Source of the DNA: Leidyana gryllorum EB-2025a
Lineage: Eukaryota; Protista; Apicomplexa
DNA: 64,000 nt
NCBI GenBank assembly: GCA_048772705.1
Contig: JBLWGC010000002.1
Span: forward strand, 1-64,000
Direction of reading: 5' to 3'
The notes under the pieces are model-generated. The model was not told the origin of the DNA. It did no database searches and worked only from the letters and a program-made list of their open reading frames with translations. Position numbers and translations under genes: made by a program. This document shows, one piece after another, positions 1-9,000 of this stretch (the first letter of the stretch is position 1; each line of letters begins with the position of its first letter).

Positions 1-36
1 TCTAGTCTACCCCCTCAACCACTCGGGCAAGTTGCC
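1..36 (-). tRNA. tRNA-Ser(AGA), 5' part only (cut by window edge)
   Basis: Reverse complement GGCAACTTGCCCGAGTGGTTGAGGGGGTAGACTAGA gives the acceptor 5' strand, D arm and anticodon AGA. Confidence 0.7.
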
Positions 37-264
37 ACCTGTCGAACTCGGCATATTGCGGCCAATGGTTTCACATACGGTTCAGCAAGCTTGAGTTCTC
101 GCGCTGCCCAAACCCGCGGTCTCCCCTCAAAAGTCTTGCGCTCTACCGACGGACTTGGGGCGGCAACGAAGCTCGGACTTAGTAACAAATTCCATTCGTA
201 TTGATCGTGGAATCTTGGGCCTTCCTCGGGCACAGGGCGAATCTATATCAGAGATCCACTCACT

Positions 265-338
265 GGGTCACGCGCGGGCTCCAGTCGCGGACTCGGAAGT
301 TATCAGGCTCACGCTCTAACCGACTGGAATATGTGACC
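265..338 (-). pseudogene. degenerate tRNA (Ile or Asn-derived; loop CTGATAA)
   Basis: GGTCAC...GTGACC acceptor stem and CAGTCGGTTAGAGC D loop; anticodon stem and T arm are broken. Confidence 0.55.
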
Positions 339-479
339 GCTTCAGAGTTGAGGTGAACAGTCACTAGCCGAAGGAGCGAGTGATGTGCACAGCAAAACCC
401 CATGACTGGGATTGAAGCGGCCGCTCACACTGTTATATCCGCAGTCGGGCGTACGACCGGAGTCAAGGTAGCACAAGCG

Positions 480-1380
480 ACATGAACTGATCAAGAACAT
501 ATCAGCTGAAGAGCTAAGCTTAGTGTGGTAGTGCTGTCGTAGGGCGAGTGGATCAGCAGGCTCGACTCCGAGTCCCCGTTCAACCTATGAGTGTGTCCCA
601 TAACTATCGGGTGCCTCACTATCGGGTTCCGGATTCTGACTCTATGTGATTCCGCCAGTGGGATGAACATCCATCTGGATACTTCCCTACATATTTGGCA
701 CTTATATAGGGAGTACCTCTGAAAAGGGGGACGACCTATCACCTACGGAATCCCTGCTCCCACTACCACGCCCGTGCCCTACTACGACCTACACACACGC
801 CCGCTACCACACGCTACCGTCCCGACTACGACCCTTGGCCTCTACAGTCACCTCCCGGCGTACTCTACCTCGCCCTCAGGACGTGCGCCTCGACGACCCG
901 ACTACGGTCCGGACTCTAGCTGGTATTGGGTTTTGGCTCGACGCTACGGCTACAGCTACTACTCAGTTGGACAGCCCTAGGCTGGACGACGCCAGCGTAG
1001 AGTCGCAGCGGACGGCGAGAGGACACGGACACAGGAGCGACGGTCAGAGTTCTACAACAACAGGATACAAGAAGTCTTTTCCCCGGAAGACTCAGGTAGT
1101 CCTGGTGTTGTCTTTTCCGTGTGCGGCTCGTCCGCAATGCATGAAATATTTCTTCCAACTATGTCCTCCAGAATACCCGGGACGAAGGGTTCGGACGACA
1201 AGCCATCGTTCTGGAGAGTGGGAGCACGGCAAATAACACAGACCGTCGTCCACCCCGCCAAACAGTCATTCCAGAGCCAAATACTGACATCGAGAAGGGG
1301 GTGTACCTACACCACTGACAGTTCGCACGGGAATCCCGAGAAGGTGCGCTGGTCCGGATGGCTGTACCGACTCTTTTGGG
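480..1380. mobile_element. LTR-like/retroelement remnant A (boundaries approximate)
   Basis: About 1 kb gap in a tight tRNA array; contains the 46-nt block 666-711 (identical to 4020-4065), upstream CTATCGGGT motifs, and a CTAC/ACG-rich low-complexity stretch at 760-1020. Confidence 0.4.
666..711. repeat. 46-nt exact direct repeat, copy 1 (TATATAA on minus strand; hairpin)
   Basis: AACATCCATCTGGATACTTCCCTACATATTTGGCACTTATATAGGG is identical to 4020-4065. Confidence 0.95.
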
Positions 1381-1392
1381 ATGGGTTGAACC

Positions 1393-1464
1393 GGTTGCGT
1401 GATGTAGTGCTTAGCACTGGAGACTTTGAATTTCCCGACCTGGGTTCGATTCCCGGCGCGACCT
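1393..1464 (+). tRNA. tRNA-Gln(TTG)
   Basis: GGTTGCG/CGCGACC acceptor, GGAGA-CTTTGAA-TTTCC anticodon arm, GGTTCGATTCC T arm. Confidence 0.8.
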
Positions 1465-1619
1465 TGGCACTGGTCCTCCGTACTCCCTGAAACTTCGCCA
1501 CTCCTCTGGGGCTGCGGGGACCATCCGTACAGCTATGGTCTAGTGGTCACGACGTACACGGCGGTTTTGCTTCAAGTGAGGAGACAGGACCGAGTTGAGT
1601 GAGTATGAGGGGCAGTTCT

Positions 1620-1691
1620 GGGTACGTAGCTCAGTGGTAGAGCAGCTGACTGCAGATCAGCAAGTCCGTGGTTCAACTCCGCGCGTGCCCT
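1620..1691 (+). tRNA. tRNA-Cys(GCA)
   Basis: Complete cloverleaf, GCTGA-CTGCAGA-TCAGC, GGTTCAACTCC. Confidence 0.9.
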
Positions 1692-1756
1692 GAAGATGGA
1701 ATGAAACGTTCGAAGGTGTTGGCCTCAGCCATACCGTTATGTGATCGAGACAGGGC

Positions 1757-1788
1757 CTGCCTGGTTAGCTGAGGGGCAGAACCCTCGC
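1757..1788 (+). pseudogene. truncated tRNA-Thr 5' fragment
   Basis: GCCTGGTTAGCTGAGGGGCAGAACCCTCGC and its upstream flank GATCGAGACAG match tRNA-Thr at 3211 and its flank. Confidence 0.55.
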
Positions 1789-1829
1789 ACGGGCGCGAGG
1801 GATTTTGACACCAGATGCCACAACCTCTC

Positions 1830-1902
1830 TGCCTCGGCTGTGGATCGAGCACGGGACTTCCAGATCTTCAGTCTGGCGCTCTCCCAACTGAGCTACCGAG
1901 GC
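1830..1902 (-). tRNA. tRNA-Phe(GAA), T-loop variant
   Basis: GCCTCGGTAGCTCAGTTGGGAGAGCGCCAGACTGAAGATCTGG...; B box reads GCTCGATC. Confidence 0.8.
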
Positions 1903-1990
1903 GCTAGAAAGCCTTGAAACGCGGTGAAGATAGGCACTCACCGCAGCCCTCTGTGGAGCCACTGCCCGCGGGATGTCCAATTCAACAGTT

Positions 1991-2050
1991 GGCAACTTGC
2001 CCGAGTGATTAAGGGTCTGGCTCGCGGTGATTCGAATCCAGCAGTTGTCG
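1991..2050 (+). pseudogene. tRNA-Ser pseudogene, anticodon arm deleted
   Basis: GGCAACTTGCCCGAGTG...TTCGAATCCAGCAGTTGTCG ends are kept, but the element is only 60 nt. Confidence 0.7.
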
Positions 2051-2126
2051 TGTAATGTGATCGGGCGTCAACTCCATTCGGTCGTGACTCTGTTTTCAGA
2101 TACCGGAGGTGCAGCCGTTAGAAGCT

Positions 2127-2199
2127 TGGACGACCTGGGCATTGATCCAAGTATTTCTCGCATGTCAAGCGAGTGCTATATCATTTGAGCTAGTCGCCC
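2127..2199 (-). pseudogene. tRNA-Ala-derived copy with GAC anticodon
   Basis: Body homologous to tRNA-Ala at 5622-5694 with G3:U70 retained; loop TTGACAT; D and T loops degenerate. Confidence 0.7.
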
Positions 2200-2287
2200 G
2201 CTGTGCAGACCCCATAGCATTTAGTGGTTCTTGACATGTTATGACCAGTCTCCCGACTCTACCAGCAATTTGCACCACCGATCAGTC

Positions 2288-2359
2288 GGCTGTTTGGTCT
2301 AGTGGTATGATCCTTCCTTAGGGTGGAAGGAGTCCTGGGTTCGATTCCCAGAACAGCCC
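2288..2359 (+). tRNA. tRNA-Pro(AGG)
   Basis: Canonical cloverleaf, CTTCC-TTAGGGT-GGAAG, GGTTCGATTCC; its 3' end matches the retrotransposon PBS. Confidence 0.93.
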
Positions 2360-2528
2360 TTTTGCTAGGCTCTGACGAGGGTCTAGGAGAGTTGAACCCC
2401 TGTCTCAAATAAGATAAGGAGTCTTTCGAACTCCGCCTACCACGTCCACTTGACAACTGCTTAATCGAAATAGCGGGGCCAGGCGATATCACGACTCAGG
2501 CGTCGCAGACAGTGAGGCTGTGGATTGT

Positions 2529-2601
2529 GCGGTGGTGGCGCAATGCATAGCGTGTTGCGCTCCGGAGGCAAAGGTTGTGGGTTCGAGTCCCGCCCACCGT
2601 T
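2529..2601 (+). tRNA. tRNA-Arg(CCG), slightly degenerate
   Basis: GCGGTGG/CCACCGT acceptor, loop CTCCGGA, GGTTCGAGTCC; one anticodon-stem mismatch. Confidence 0.7.
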
Positions 2602-2634
2602 CTCGTGGTCTCGCTCTACAGCGGAATCGACAAG

Positions 2635-2713
2635 AGTGGCTGACATTCGGAGCCATGCAGACTTGCGGCATCAAAATTCGAGTTTGGACCTCGGACCACC
2701 CCGCGATCTGTGC
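2635..2713 (-). pseudogene. tRNA-Leu pseudogene
   Basis: GCACAGAT...GTGGTC...CGCAAGTCTGCATGG is homologous to tRNA-Leu at 3663-3746; a D-arm fragment of another tRNA (2714-2738) abuts it. Confidence 0.6.
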
Positions 2714-2865
2714 ACTCTACCCTTTGAGCTAGCGGTCTCCAACTTCGAAGAGCTATTGCATGCCGTGCTTGGAGTGGACGATTGCCCATTGAAAATCTGC
2801 GGAACGCTGCTGGCAAGCTCGAGTCGCACGGCTGCGAGGGATGACACCAAATGCCACAACCTCTC

Positions 2866-2938
2866 TGCCTCGGCCGTGGATCGAAGACGGGACTTTCAGA
2901 TCTTCAGTCTGGCGCTTTCCCAACTCAGCTACCGAGGC
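2866..2938 (-). tRNA. tRNA-Phe(GAA), second copy
   Basis: Homologous to 1830-1902 including flanks; several substitutions, possibly a pseudogene. Confidence 0.7.
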
Positions 2939-3024
2939 GGTAGGTAGGCACGGGAGGCGGTGAAAATAAGCAATTATCGCGGCCGTATGTGGGGCCACTC
3001 TTCGCCGCATGCCGGAAGACAGTT

Positions 3025-3106
3025 GCCAACTTGCCCGAGTGGGGAGGGGGGTAGATTGGAATTCAACTGGGCCTGGGCCGCGCTGGTGCAGATCCAGCAG
3101 TTGTCG
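3025..3106 (+). pseudogene. tRNA-Ser pseudogene (GGA loop)
   Basis: CAACTTGCCCGAGTGG...ATCCAGCAGTTGTCG with a long variable arm; T loop broken. Confidence 0.65.
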
Positions 3107-3210
3107 TGCGATGTGATTGGAGGGGTCACACGCCAACTCACGCATGAATTCTGTGGTGGAAATGATGCTATTCCCAGCATCAAACCCTCATATGGATCGA
3201 GACAGAGAAT

Positions 3211-3282
3211 GCCTTCTTAGCTTAGGGGCAGAGCATTCGCTTAGTAAGCGAAAGGTCGCCGGTTCGATTCCGGCAGAAGGCT
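3211..3282 (+). tRNA. tRNA-Thr(AGT)
   Basis: GCCTTCT/AGAAGGC acceptor, TTCGC-TTAGTAA-GCGAA, GGTTCGATTCC. Confidence 0.88.
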
Positions 3283-3331
3283 GTGCTCGCGAGGCAATCT
3301 ATTCTGTAACTGTTCCCCTTCTGCGCACACT

Positions 3332-3402
3332 TAGCAGTGCGTCGTTTCGATCGACGGACCTTTGGATTATGAGCCCAACACTTTTCACTGAGCTACACTC
3401 CT
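3332..3402 (-). tRNA. initiator-type tRNA-Met(CAT)
   Basis: A1:U72, loop CTCATAA, eukaryotic initiator T loop GATCGAAAC; acceptor-stem mismatch at pair 3. Confidence 0.72.
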
Positions 3403-3510
3403 CAGTCTGCAACATGGAAGTTGCCCTGACTGCCCTACCGAAGTGGGCTAATGAAATGCTGTGTTGGTTCTGAGGGCAACTTGTCCCGTCGGGTCGACCG
3501 ACGACCATTA

Positions 3511-3573
3511 GGGCTGTTCTGCGAATCGAACCCAGGACGCTTCCACCCCAAGGAAGGATCCAGAGCAATAGCC
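3511..3573 (-). pseudogene. tRNA-Pro pseudogene (GGG loop, D arm partly deleted)
   Basis: 3' half nearly identical to tRNA-Pro at 2288-2359. Confidence 0.72.
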
Positions 3574-3662
3574 GAATACTTGGGTGCATGCAAGCGGATA
3601 TACAAATGGAGACTAGAATCCACTGTGGCCTTCTCCAGCCTACTTGCGGGGATGATGGCCGT

Positions 3663-3746
3663 TGCACAGAATGGGATTCGAACCCATGCAGACTTGCGCC
3701 TACCAGAACTTGAGTCTGGCCCCTTAGACCACTCGGGCATCTGTGC
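3663..3746 (-). tRNA. tRNA-Leu(CAA)
   Basis: Complete cloverleaf with long variable arm, CCAGA-CTCAAGT-TCTGG, GGTTCGAATCC. Confidence 0.92.
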
Positions 3747-3769
3747 GTCACTTTTCTTCTGAATTCCAG

Positions 3770-4590
3770 CGTGTGAACGGCTTCCGTTGCGACTGTCGAT
3801 GTCGTTCTGGGTGCGGTGTACCGCCCCGAAGTACTCTTACGGCCCGGCGTGCTCAGATGGCAACGAATCTGTCTGTAGTGGTGACATCAGATATTCGACC
3901 AGTAAATTCCGTCCCACCGGAAGTTGATGAGTGGACTTCTTGTTGTAGTTCGTGTTTGCCTGATGGTCAACTTCCTATCGGGTTGCCAAATCCGACTTGG
4001 TGAAATTTCCAATCGAATTAACATCCATCTGGATACTTCCCTACATATTTGGCACTTATATAGGGCATTATTAAGGAACGTAAAGCAACTACTACTAAAG
4101 CGTAAAGGCTAATGCGCCCTAGTGGTCTGAACTCTCTGTGACAGTGTAACTGTGCAGACACTCGCATGAATGATCAGAGTGTGGTGTCGGGGAGAACTAC
4201 CGTGTGTGTCCAGCGCGAGGCTCCGCAAGAGTGCGAGTGACTGGCACATGGGTGGAGTGAGAGGGACACCAGAGTGAGAGACACACGCAAGCAAAGTTGG
4301 CTAAGTCAGAGTTGGACTAGGCAAGAGGCGGCCTAAGATAACTTTTGCACTTGGTACAACAAGCCGTAGTTCTTGTTTTGCGCCGTCGTGTGCGACATAT
4401 TCATGGTAGACTTGTGGGCAAAAATACTAACTTGGTTCCTAAGTCTGACTTGTGGTCGAAAGTATGCAGAGATGAGAACTGGGCCTCGTTCCCCTTGAGT
4501 AGCGACTTGGGGTTACAACACTTCTTACAACGTAGTTCGTCTGACGCTCCTGTTCCATCCCATCCTAATCGATGCTCCGCTACCTCTACA
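3770..4590. mobile_element. LTR-like/retroelement remnant B (boundaries approximate)
   Basis: About 860-bp gap between divergent tRNA-Leu and tRNA-His; carries copy 2 of the 46-mer and a diverged homologous upstream segment (CTATCGGGTT...). Confidence 0.4.
4020..4065. repeat. 46-nt exact direct repeat, copy 2
   Basis: Identical to 666-711. Confidence 0.95.
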
Positions 4591-4607
4591 GCCTCGCCCA
4601 AAGATTT

Positions 4608-4679
4608 GTCCGAGTCGTCTAGTGGCTAGGACAGCACGTTGTGTCCGTGCAAGCCCAGTCTCGATTCCTGGCTCGCCCA
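4608..4679 (+). pseudogene. tRNA-His(GTG), degenerate
   Basis: TCGTCTAGTGGCTAGGAC D arm, GCACG-TTGTGTC-CGTGC; acceptor and T-arm mismatches. Confidence 0.65.
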
Positions 4680-4751
4680 ATATGTCTCCGGTGTCTCTAT
4701 TGGAACTTTCTTTTGATGGGTACACACTTTCATTCGACGGCTCCGTTGATT

Positions 4752-4824
4752 GGCGCTATGGCCTAATGGATATGGCATCGGTCTACGGAACCTGGGATTC
4801 TGGGTTCGAGTCCCAGTAGCGTCT
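4752..4824 (+). tRNA. tRNA-Arg(ACG)
   Basis: GGCGCTA/TAGCGTC acceptor, loop CTACGGA, GGTTCGAGTCC. Confidence 0.8.
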
Positions 4825-4957
4825 GGGCGAGTGGTCGGGTTCCAGCCCCTCACAATTGCTGCAACTCATTTTTTGTCTCAGCTGGCTGTCCTTGATGTGG
4901 ACAGCATCCCCGTGCACACTTTTGACAGGAGGAGATACATCGAGAGAAGTTCCATTA

Positions 4958-5030
4958 AGGAGTGTAGCGCAGTCGGTAGCGCGTAGGTCTCATAATCCTG
5001 AAGTCGAGAGTTCGATCCTCTCCACTCCCA
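4958..5030 (+). tRNA. elongator tRNA-Met(CAT)
   Basis: GGAGTG/CACTCC acceptor, loop CTCATAA, GTTCGATCC; 1:72 mismatch. Confidence 0.8.
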
Positions 5031-5097
5031 CGGTTGGAATCGGAACCACGGGTTATTTCGATGGCAGCGAGAGACTCTTCCACTAGACCACAGATGC
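5028..5097 (-). pseudogene. tRNA-Gly(GCC) pseudogene
   Basis: GCATCTGTGGTCTAGTGG...CTGCCA; the 3' end is lost where it meets tRNA-Met. Confidence 0.6.
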
Positions 5098-5164
5098 GGA
5101 ACACGATCCTGTTCAATCTTGTACCTGGTGACAGTCATTCTTTATAAGCCTATCGATGCATCAA

Positions 5165-5236
5165 AGCCTTCTGCCGGAATCGAACTGGCGACCTCTCGCT
5201 TACTAAGCGAATGCTCTGCCCATAAGCTAAGAAGGC
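5165..5236 (-). tRNA. tRNA-Thr(AGT), second copy
   Basis: Near-identical to 3211-3282 in inverted orientation. Confidence 0.85.
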
Positions 5237-5324
5237 AATGCAAGCCGAAGATCACGAATCAGACACTATTGACGGAGATTGCTGGGCACTTTGCTCAAGT
5301 ATTCCACTGACTTCAACCACTGAC

Positions 5325-5395
5325 TTCCACTGCCGGACTTGAGCGCGGAGCTTGCGGGTGAGGCCGCATATCCTAGCCACTCAGACTACAGTGGG
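5325..5395 (-). pseudogene. tRNA-Glu(CTC) pseudogene
   Basis: CCACTG/CAGTGG acceptor, GTGGCTAGGAT D loop, 6-nt anticodon loop, degenerate T loop. Confidence 0.65.
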
Positions 5396-5459
5396 CAACA
5401 TTCCACAGCGAAGGCAGCTAGTCAGCCAAATCATCGAAGTAAAGTGCTGAGCATTTGGC

Positions 5460-5532
5460 TACCTACGGCGAGACTCGAACTCGCAACCATTGGATTAGAA
5501 GTCCAACGCGCTATCCATTGCGCCACGTAGGC
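5460..5532 (-). tRNA. tRNA-Arg(TCT)
   Basis: Complete cloverleaf, TTGGA-CTTCTAA-TCCAA, GTTCGAGTC. Confidence 0.92.
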
Positions 5533-5621
5533 GGCGGCTTCTCGACTAGATTGAAATAACAACATTCACGTTTTTGGACCACGCGCCAGCCGTTTCTCTC
5601 CAGCCAAAGTTGCATGGAGTT

Positions 5622-5694
5622 TGGACGACCTGGATATCGATCCCAGTACATATCGCATGCAAAGCGAGCGCTGCACCATCTGAGCTAGCCGCCC
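5622..5694 (-). tRNA. tRNA-Ala(TGC)
   Basis: G3:U70, TCGC-TTTGCAT-GCGA, Ala-type GGATCGATA T loop; a few substitutions. Confidence 0.78.
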
Positions 5695-5714
5695 ATGCGT
5701 ACAACATGGAAGAC

Positions 5715-6036
5715 TAATTTGTGACCGTCGGTACTGGCTGGGAGTGGTGCGATTGTTCCGCCACTTCAACAGATGGGTCCTGATTGTCCTGCGGAACCTC
5801 GCCCGCCTTGCTTCGCAGTCCATCGCGTGCCATGTCCACGATCCCAATTCCACCTCAGATCTATCAGTGCTTAGCACACCCGTGTTTGTAGACCGGGCGT
5901 CTCCGTGTCAGCCGGTCTTTACGCACGTAAAACAATTCATGCATACTGGTAATAAAACTAGCCACAAAAGTGGGGTTTCTCAGGTCACTACCGTGTAACC
6001 CTAAGGGTCCCTGTCGCACAGTGGTTTGACGAACCA
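5715..6036 (-). repeat. 3' LTR (322 bp)
   Basis: No differences from 10442-10763 seen by eye. Confidence 0.95.
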
Positions 6037-6050
6037 CACTCACTCCCTCC
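6037..6050 (-). other. polypurine tract
   Basis: GGAGGGAGTGAGTG lies immediately before the 3' LTR on the minus strand. Confidence 0.7.
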
Positions 6051-6069
6051 AGACCCAAATTTTGTGGCT

Positions 6070-9000
6070 TCACTCGCCTTCTCTTCCGGCATCACACTGT
6101 ACGCCTCCATCCAAGATCTGCTTCCATGTGGTCATGGGTAAGAGCTCATAATCTCTACCCTTCGGGTGCTGGGGTGCTTCGGTCCTCAGAAGCTTTATGG
6201 CTTCATTTGCCAGACTCACGGGTACTGGTCCCTCCAGCTTCCGACACATCCTTAATGGTACCAAGCCTTTCTTTCTCGTCCCATAGTAGTAAACTTCCAC
6301 TTGTCCTTGCCTCTTCTTCACTACGCGGGCTGGCATGCTCCACCGCACCGCGTAAGCGCCCCGCACCGCATCCGCCGCAACTCCTGGTCCTCGCCCTTTA
6401 GCTGGCAGCTGGGTGAGTACGAAATCTCCTTCCTTGATCACATCATCCGGTACAGCTATTGCTCGCAAGTCATGCGTGCTTGCCTTCATCATGCGCAGCG
6501 TGGCTTGCGCTATCCTGGCCTTGGCTATTGACTCCTCAGTGTCCATCCTCCAGTCTTGCAGCCCAGGCAGCACCATGTCGAACCCCATGAGAGCATAGAA
6601 TGGACTCTCATTCACTGCTAGGTGTGGGGTGGCATTGTGAATTTGTGTAGCTGTGTTCAAGGCCTCTTCAAATGTGAATGTCCCTTCAGCGTCCGCGACT
6701 TTGAGGGAAGCTTCCAATCCCCTGTGACTTGCTTCATTGAGTCCATTACCTTGGGGGTAATACGGACTTGTGACCGCGTGATACGCCAGCAGGTCTTGCA
6801 GGACAAACTCCTTAAATTCTGCCCGGAAATGAGTGCCATTATCTGTCAGAACCGTCATAGGCGCACCAAACATGGTGGTCCACTTCTGGAGCCCTTCTCT
6901 TGCATCCTTTGCTGTTGGGGTTCCTCCTACTGGGTGCGTCATGATAAACCTAGTGCAATGATCTATCAGGACTAGGTACGATACTTGACGAGCCTTCCAC
7001 TGTCGTGGCCCTACAAAGTCAGCACTAACCATCTCCAGTGGTCGAGCTTTCTCGAGCGTTCCTTGCCAGTCACTACGTAGTCGTAAGGGGGCCTTCCGTG
7101 CGCAGATCAGACATTGATTCACGTAGAGCCGTATCTCCTGCGCCATCCCTTTCCACCAGACCCATCTCTTCATGCGACTTAACGTACGGTTGATCCCCAG
7201 GTGCCCACCGTATTTCGCCGCATGAAACCAATAGATGATCGCCTCTCTCAGTCTTTTCGGAATAAAGAGCCTGTGAGTGTCCTTCGAGACGTAGTGCCCT
7301 GACGGCAACTGGTAGCATGCCGCCTTCTCCTCCTCCGTCATTTCGTGGTACGCCCCTTTAATTTCTGCTAATTGAGGAATCCGAGGCGTTTTGCCTAGTA
7401 ACTGACCCACGTAGCAGGACGTAGACATCAGTTCCAACTCCTGCTCATTGTCGCCTCCTTCAGTTGTCCTCGAGAGCCAGTCAGCCATGATATTGATCTC
7501 CCCTGATATGTGCCTGATTTCGAGATCAAACTGTTGTAGAAACATCGCCCATCGTTGCACCTTGCCTTCTTGGGCTAAATGCATCCATTTGAGACTCTCG
7601 TGGTCCGTCTCGATCACAGTCCGTGAACACTTAATGTAATCCTTGAAGTGGTCTACTGCCCACTTAATGGCGAAGGCCTCCCGCTCTCTCGTATCCCATC
7701 GCCTCTCTGCAGGGCTCAGGGTTTTGCTTGCGAATTCAATGGGGACCCATTCGCCTTCCTGTTGCTGCAGCAGGACCGCCCCAATGCCTCTGTCTGATGC
7801 GTCCGTCATCATCTTGAACTCTCCTGACCCTGTAGGTGCCCTAAGAATGACTGCTCGTATCAGCTCCTGCTTCAGTAATTTAAATGCATTCTCTTGTTCC
7901 AAACCCCATTCCCACGCGCATCCTTTCTTCATCAAGCTGGTCAATGGTTCCACAATAGTAGCTAGGTTAGGGATGAATCGCCTCAGGTAACTGACTGTAC
8001 CCAGAAACGATTTGAGAACTTTCTTATCCGCTGGAGGGCTGGCCTGTATGATCCCCTGTACCTTTTTCGGAGATGGGGCGATACCATCGCTTCCCACTTT
8101 ATGCCCCAACACTTCGATCTCTTCTTTATCAACTTCTGACTTCTCCATCTTCAATGATAGTCCTCGCCTGCACGCCCTGTCCAATACCTCCATCAGTAAG
8201 TTATCATGCTCCCCTTCTGTCTGAGCCGCTATTATAATATCATCAACGTAACAAAATACGCCAGAGTTATATAGGTCTCCAAATGTGTCATCCATCACTC
8301 TTTGAAACTCGGATCCGCTGGTTTTAATTCCAAAAGGCAGCACGTTGAACTCAAACGTGCCCTTGTGAGTAACGAACGCTGTATACTCCTTCGATGCTTC
8401 CTCAAGGGGCATTTGCCAAAACCCAGAATAGCAGTCCAAGCTAGTGTACCTCCTTTTTCCTGCAATGTTTTGGAGTTGATCCCAAATCAACGGTAGCGGG
8501 TATGAGTCTGCCTTCATCAGTTTGTTCAGCGGACGATAATCGATACAGAGGCGCCATGATCCATCCTTCTTTTTGATGAATACAGGAGCACTCCCCCATG
8601 GCGATTTGCTTGGTCGAATCGCCTTTTCGTTCGATAGCTTATCCAGCTCCGCCTCCAACACTTCCTTCAAAATCGGAGGTAGCCGTCGGATTGGTTGCTT
8701 GACCGGACGGCCGACAACCTCCAGACACGCTGCAGCGTTCCTGATGCCACCTAATCGGGGTCTCAGCCAGCACTGGCCATGCTGTAAGAAGATCCTGGTC
8801 AGGGTCTTTTTTCTACACGCTCCCAAATGCGCCGTGACTTCCTCCCACTTCTTGAGCATCTCCGTCTCTTGCTTCTCTTCCAGAGCTTGCGGGCTCGCTA
8901 AAGCTATGAGGTGTTCCTCCGTCGCCTCGGCTATCACCCGTTGAGTATCTGCGTCCTTCAGAACAAAGTTAACCGTATCAATTAATGCTCTTAGCTTGAT

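Noticed and set aside
1525-1565. tRNA 5' half (TGGTCTAGTGG)
   Set aside because: Only an A box is recognisable, with no cloverleaf
15-5877. Many short ORFs in the first 6 kb
   Set aside because: They overlap tRNA genes, spacers or the LTR and show no protein motifs
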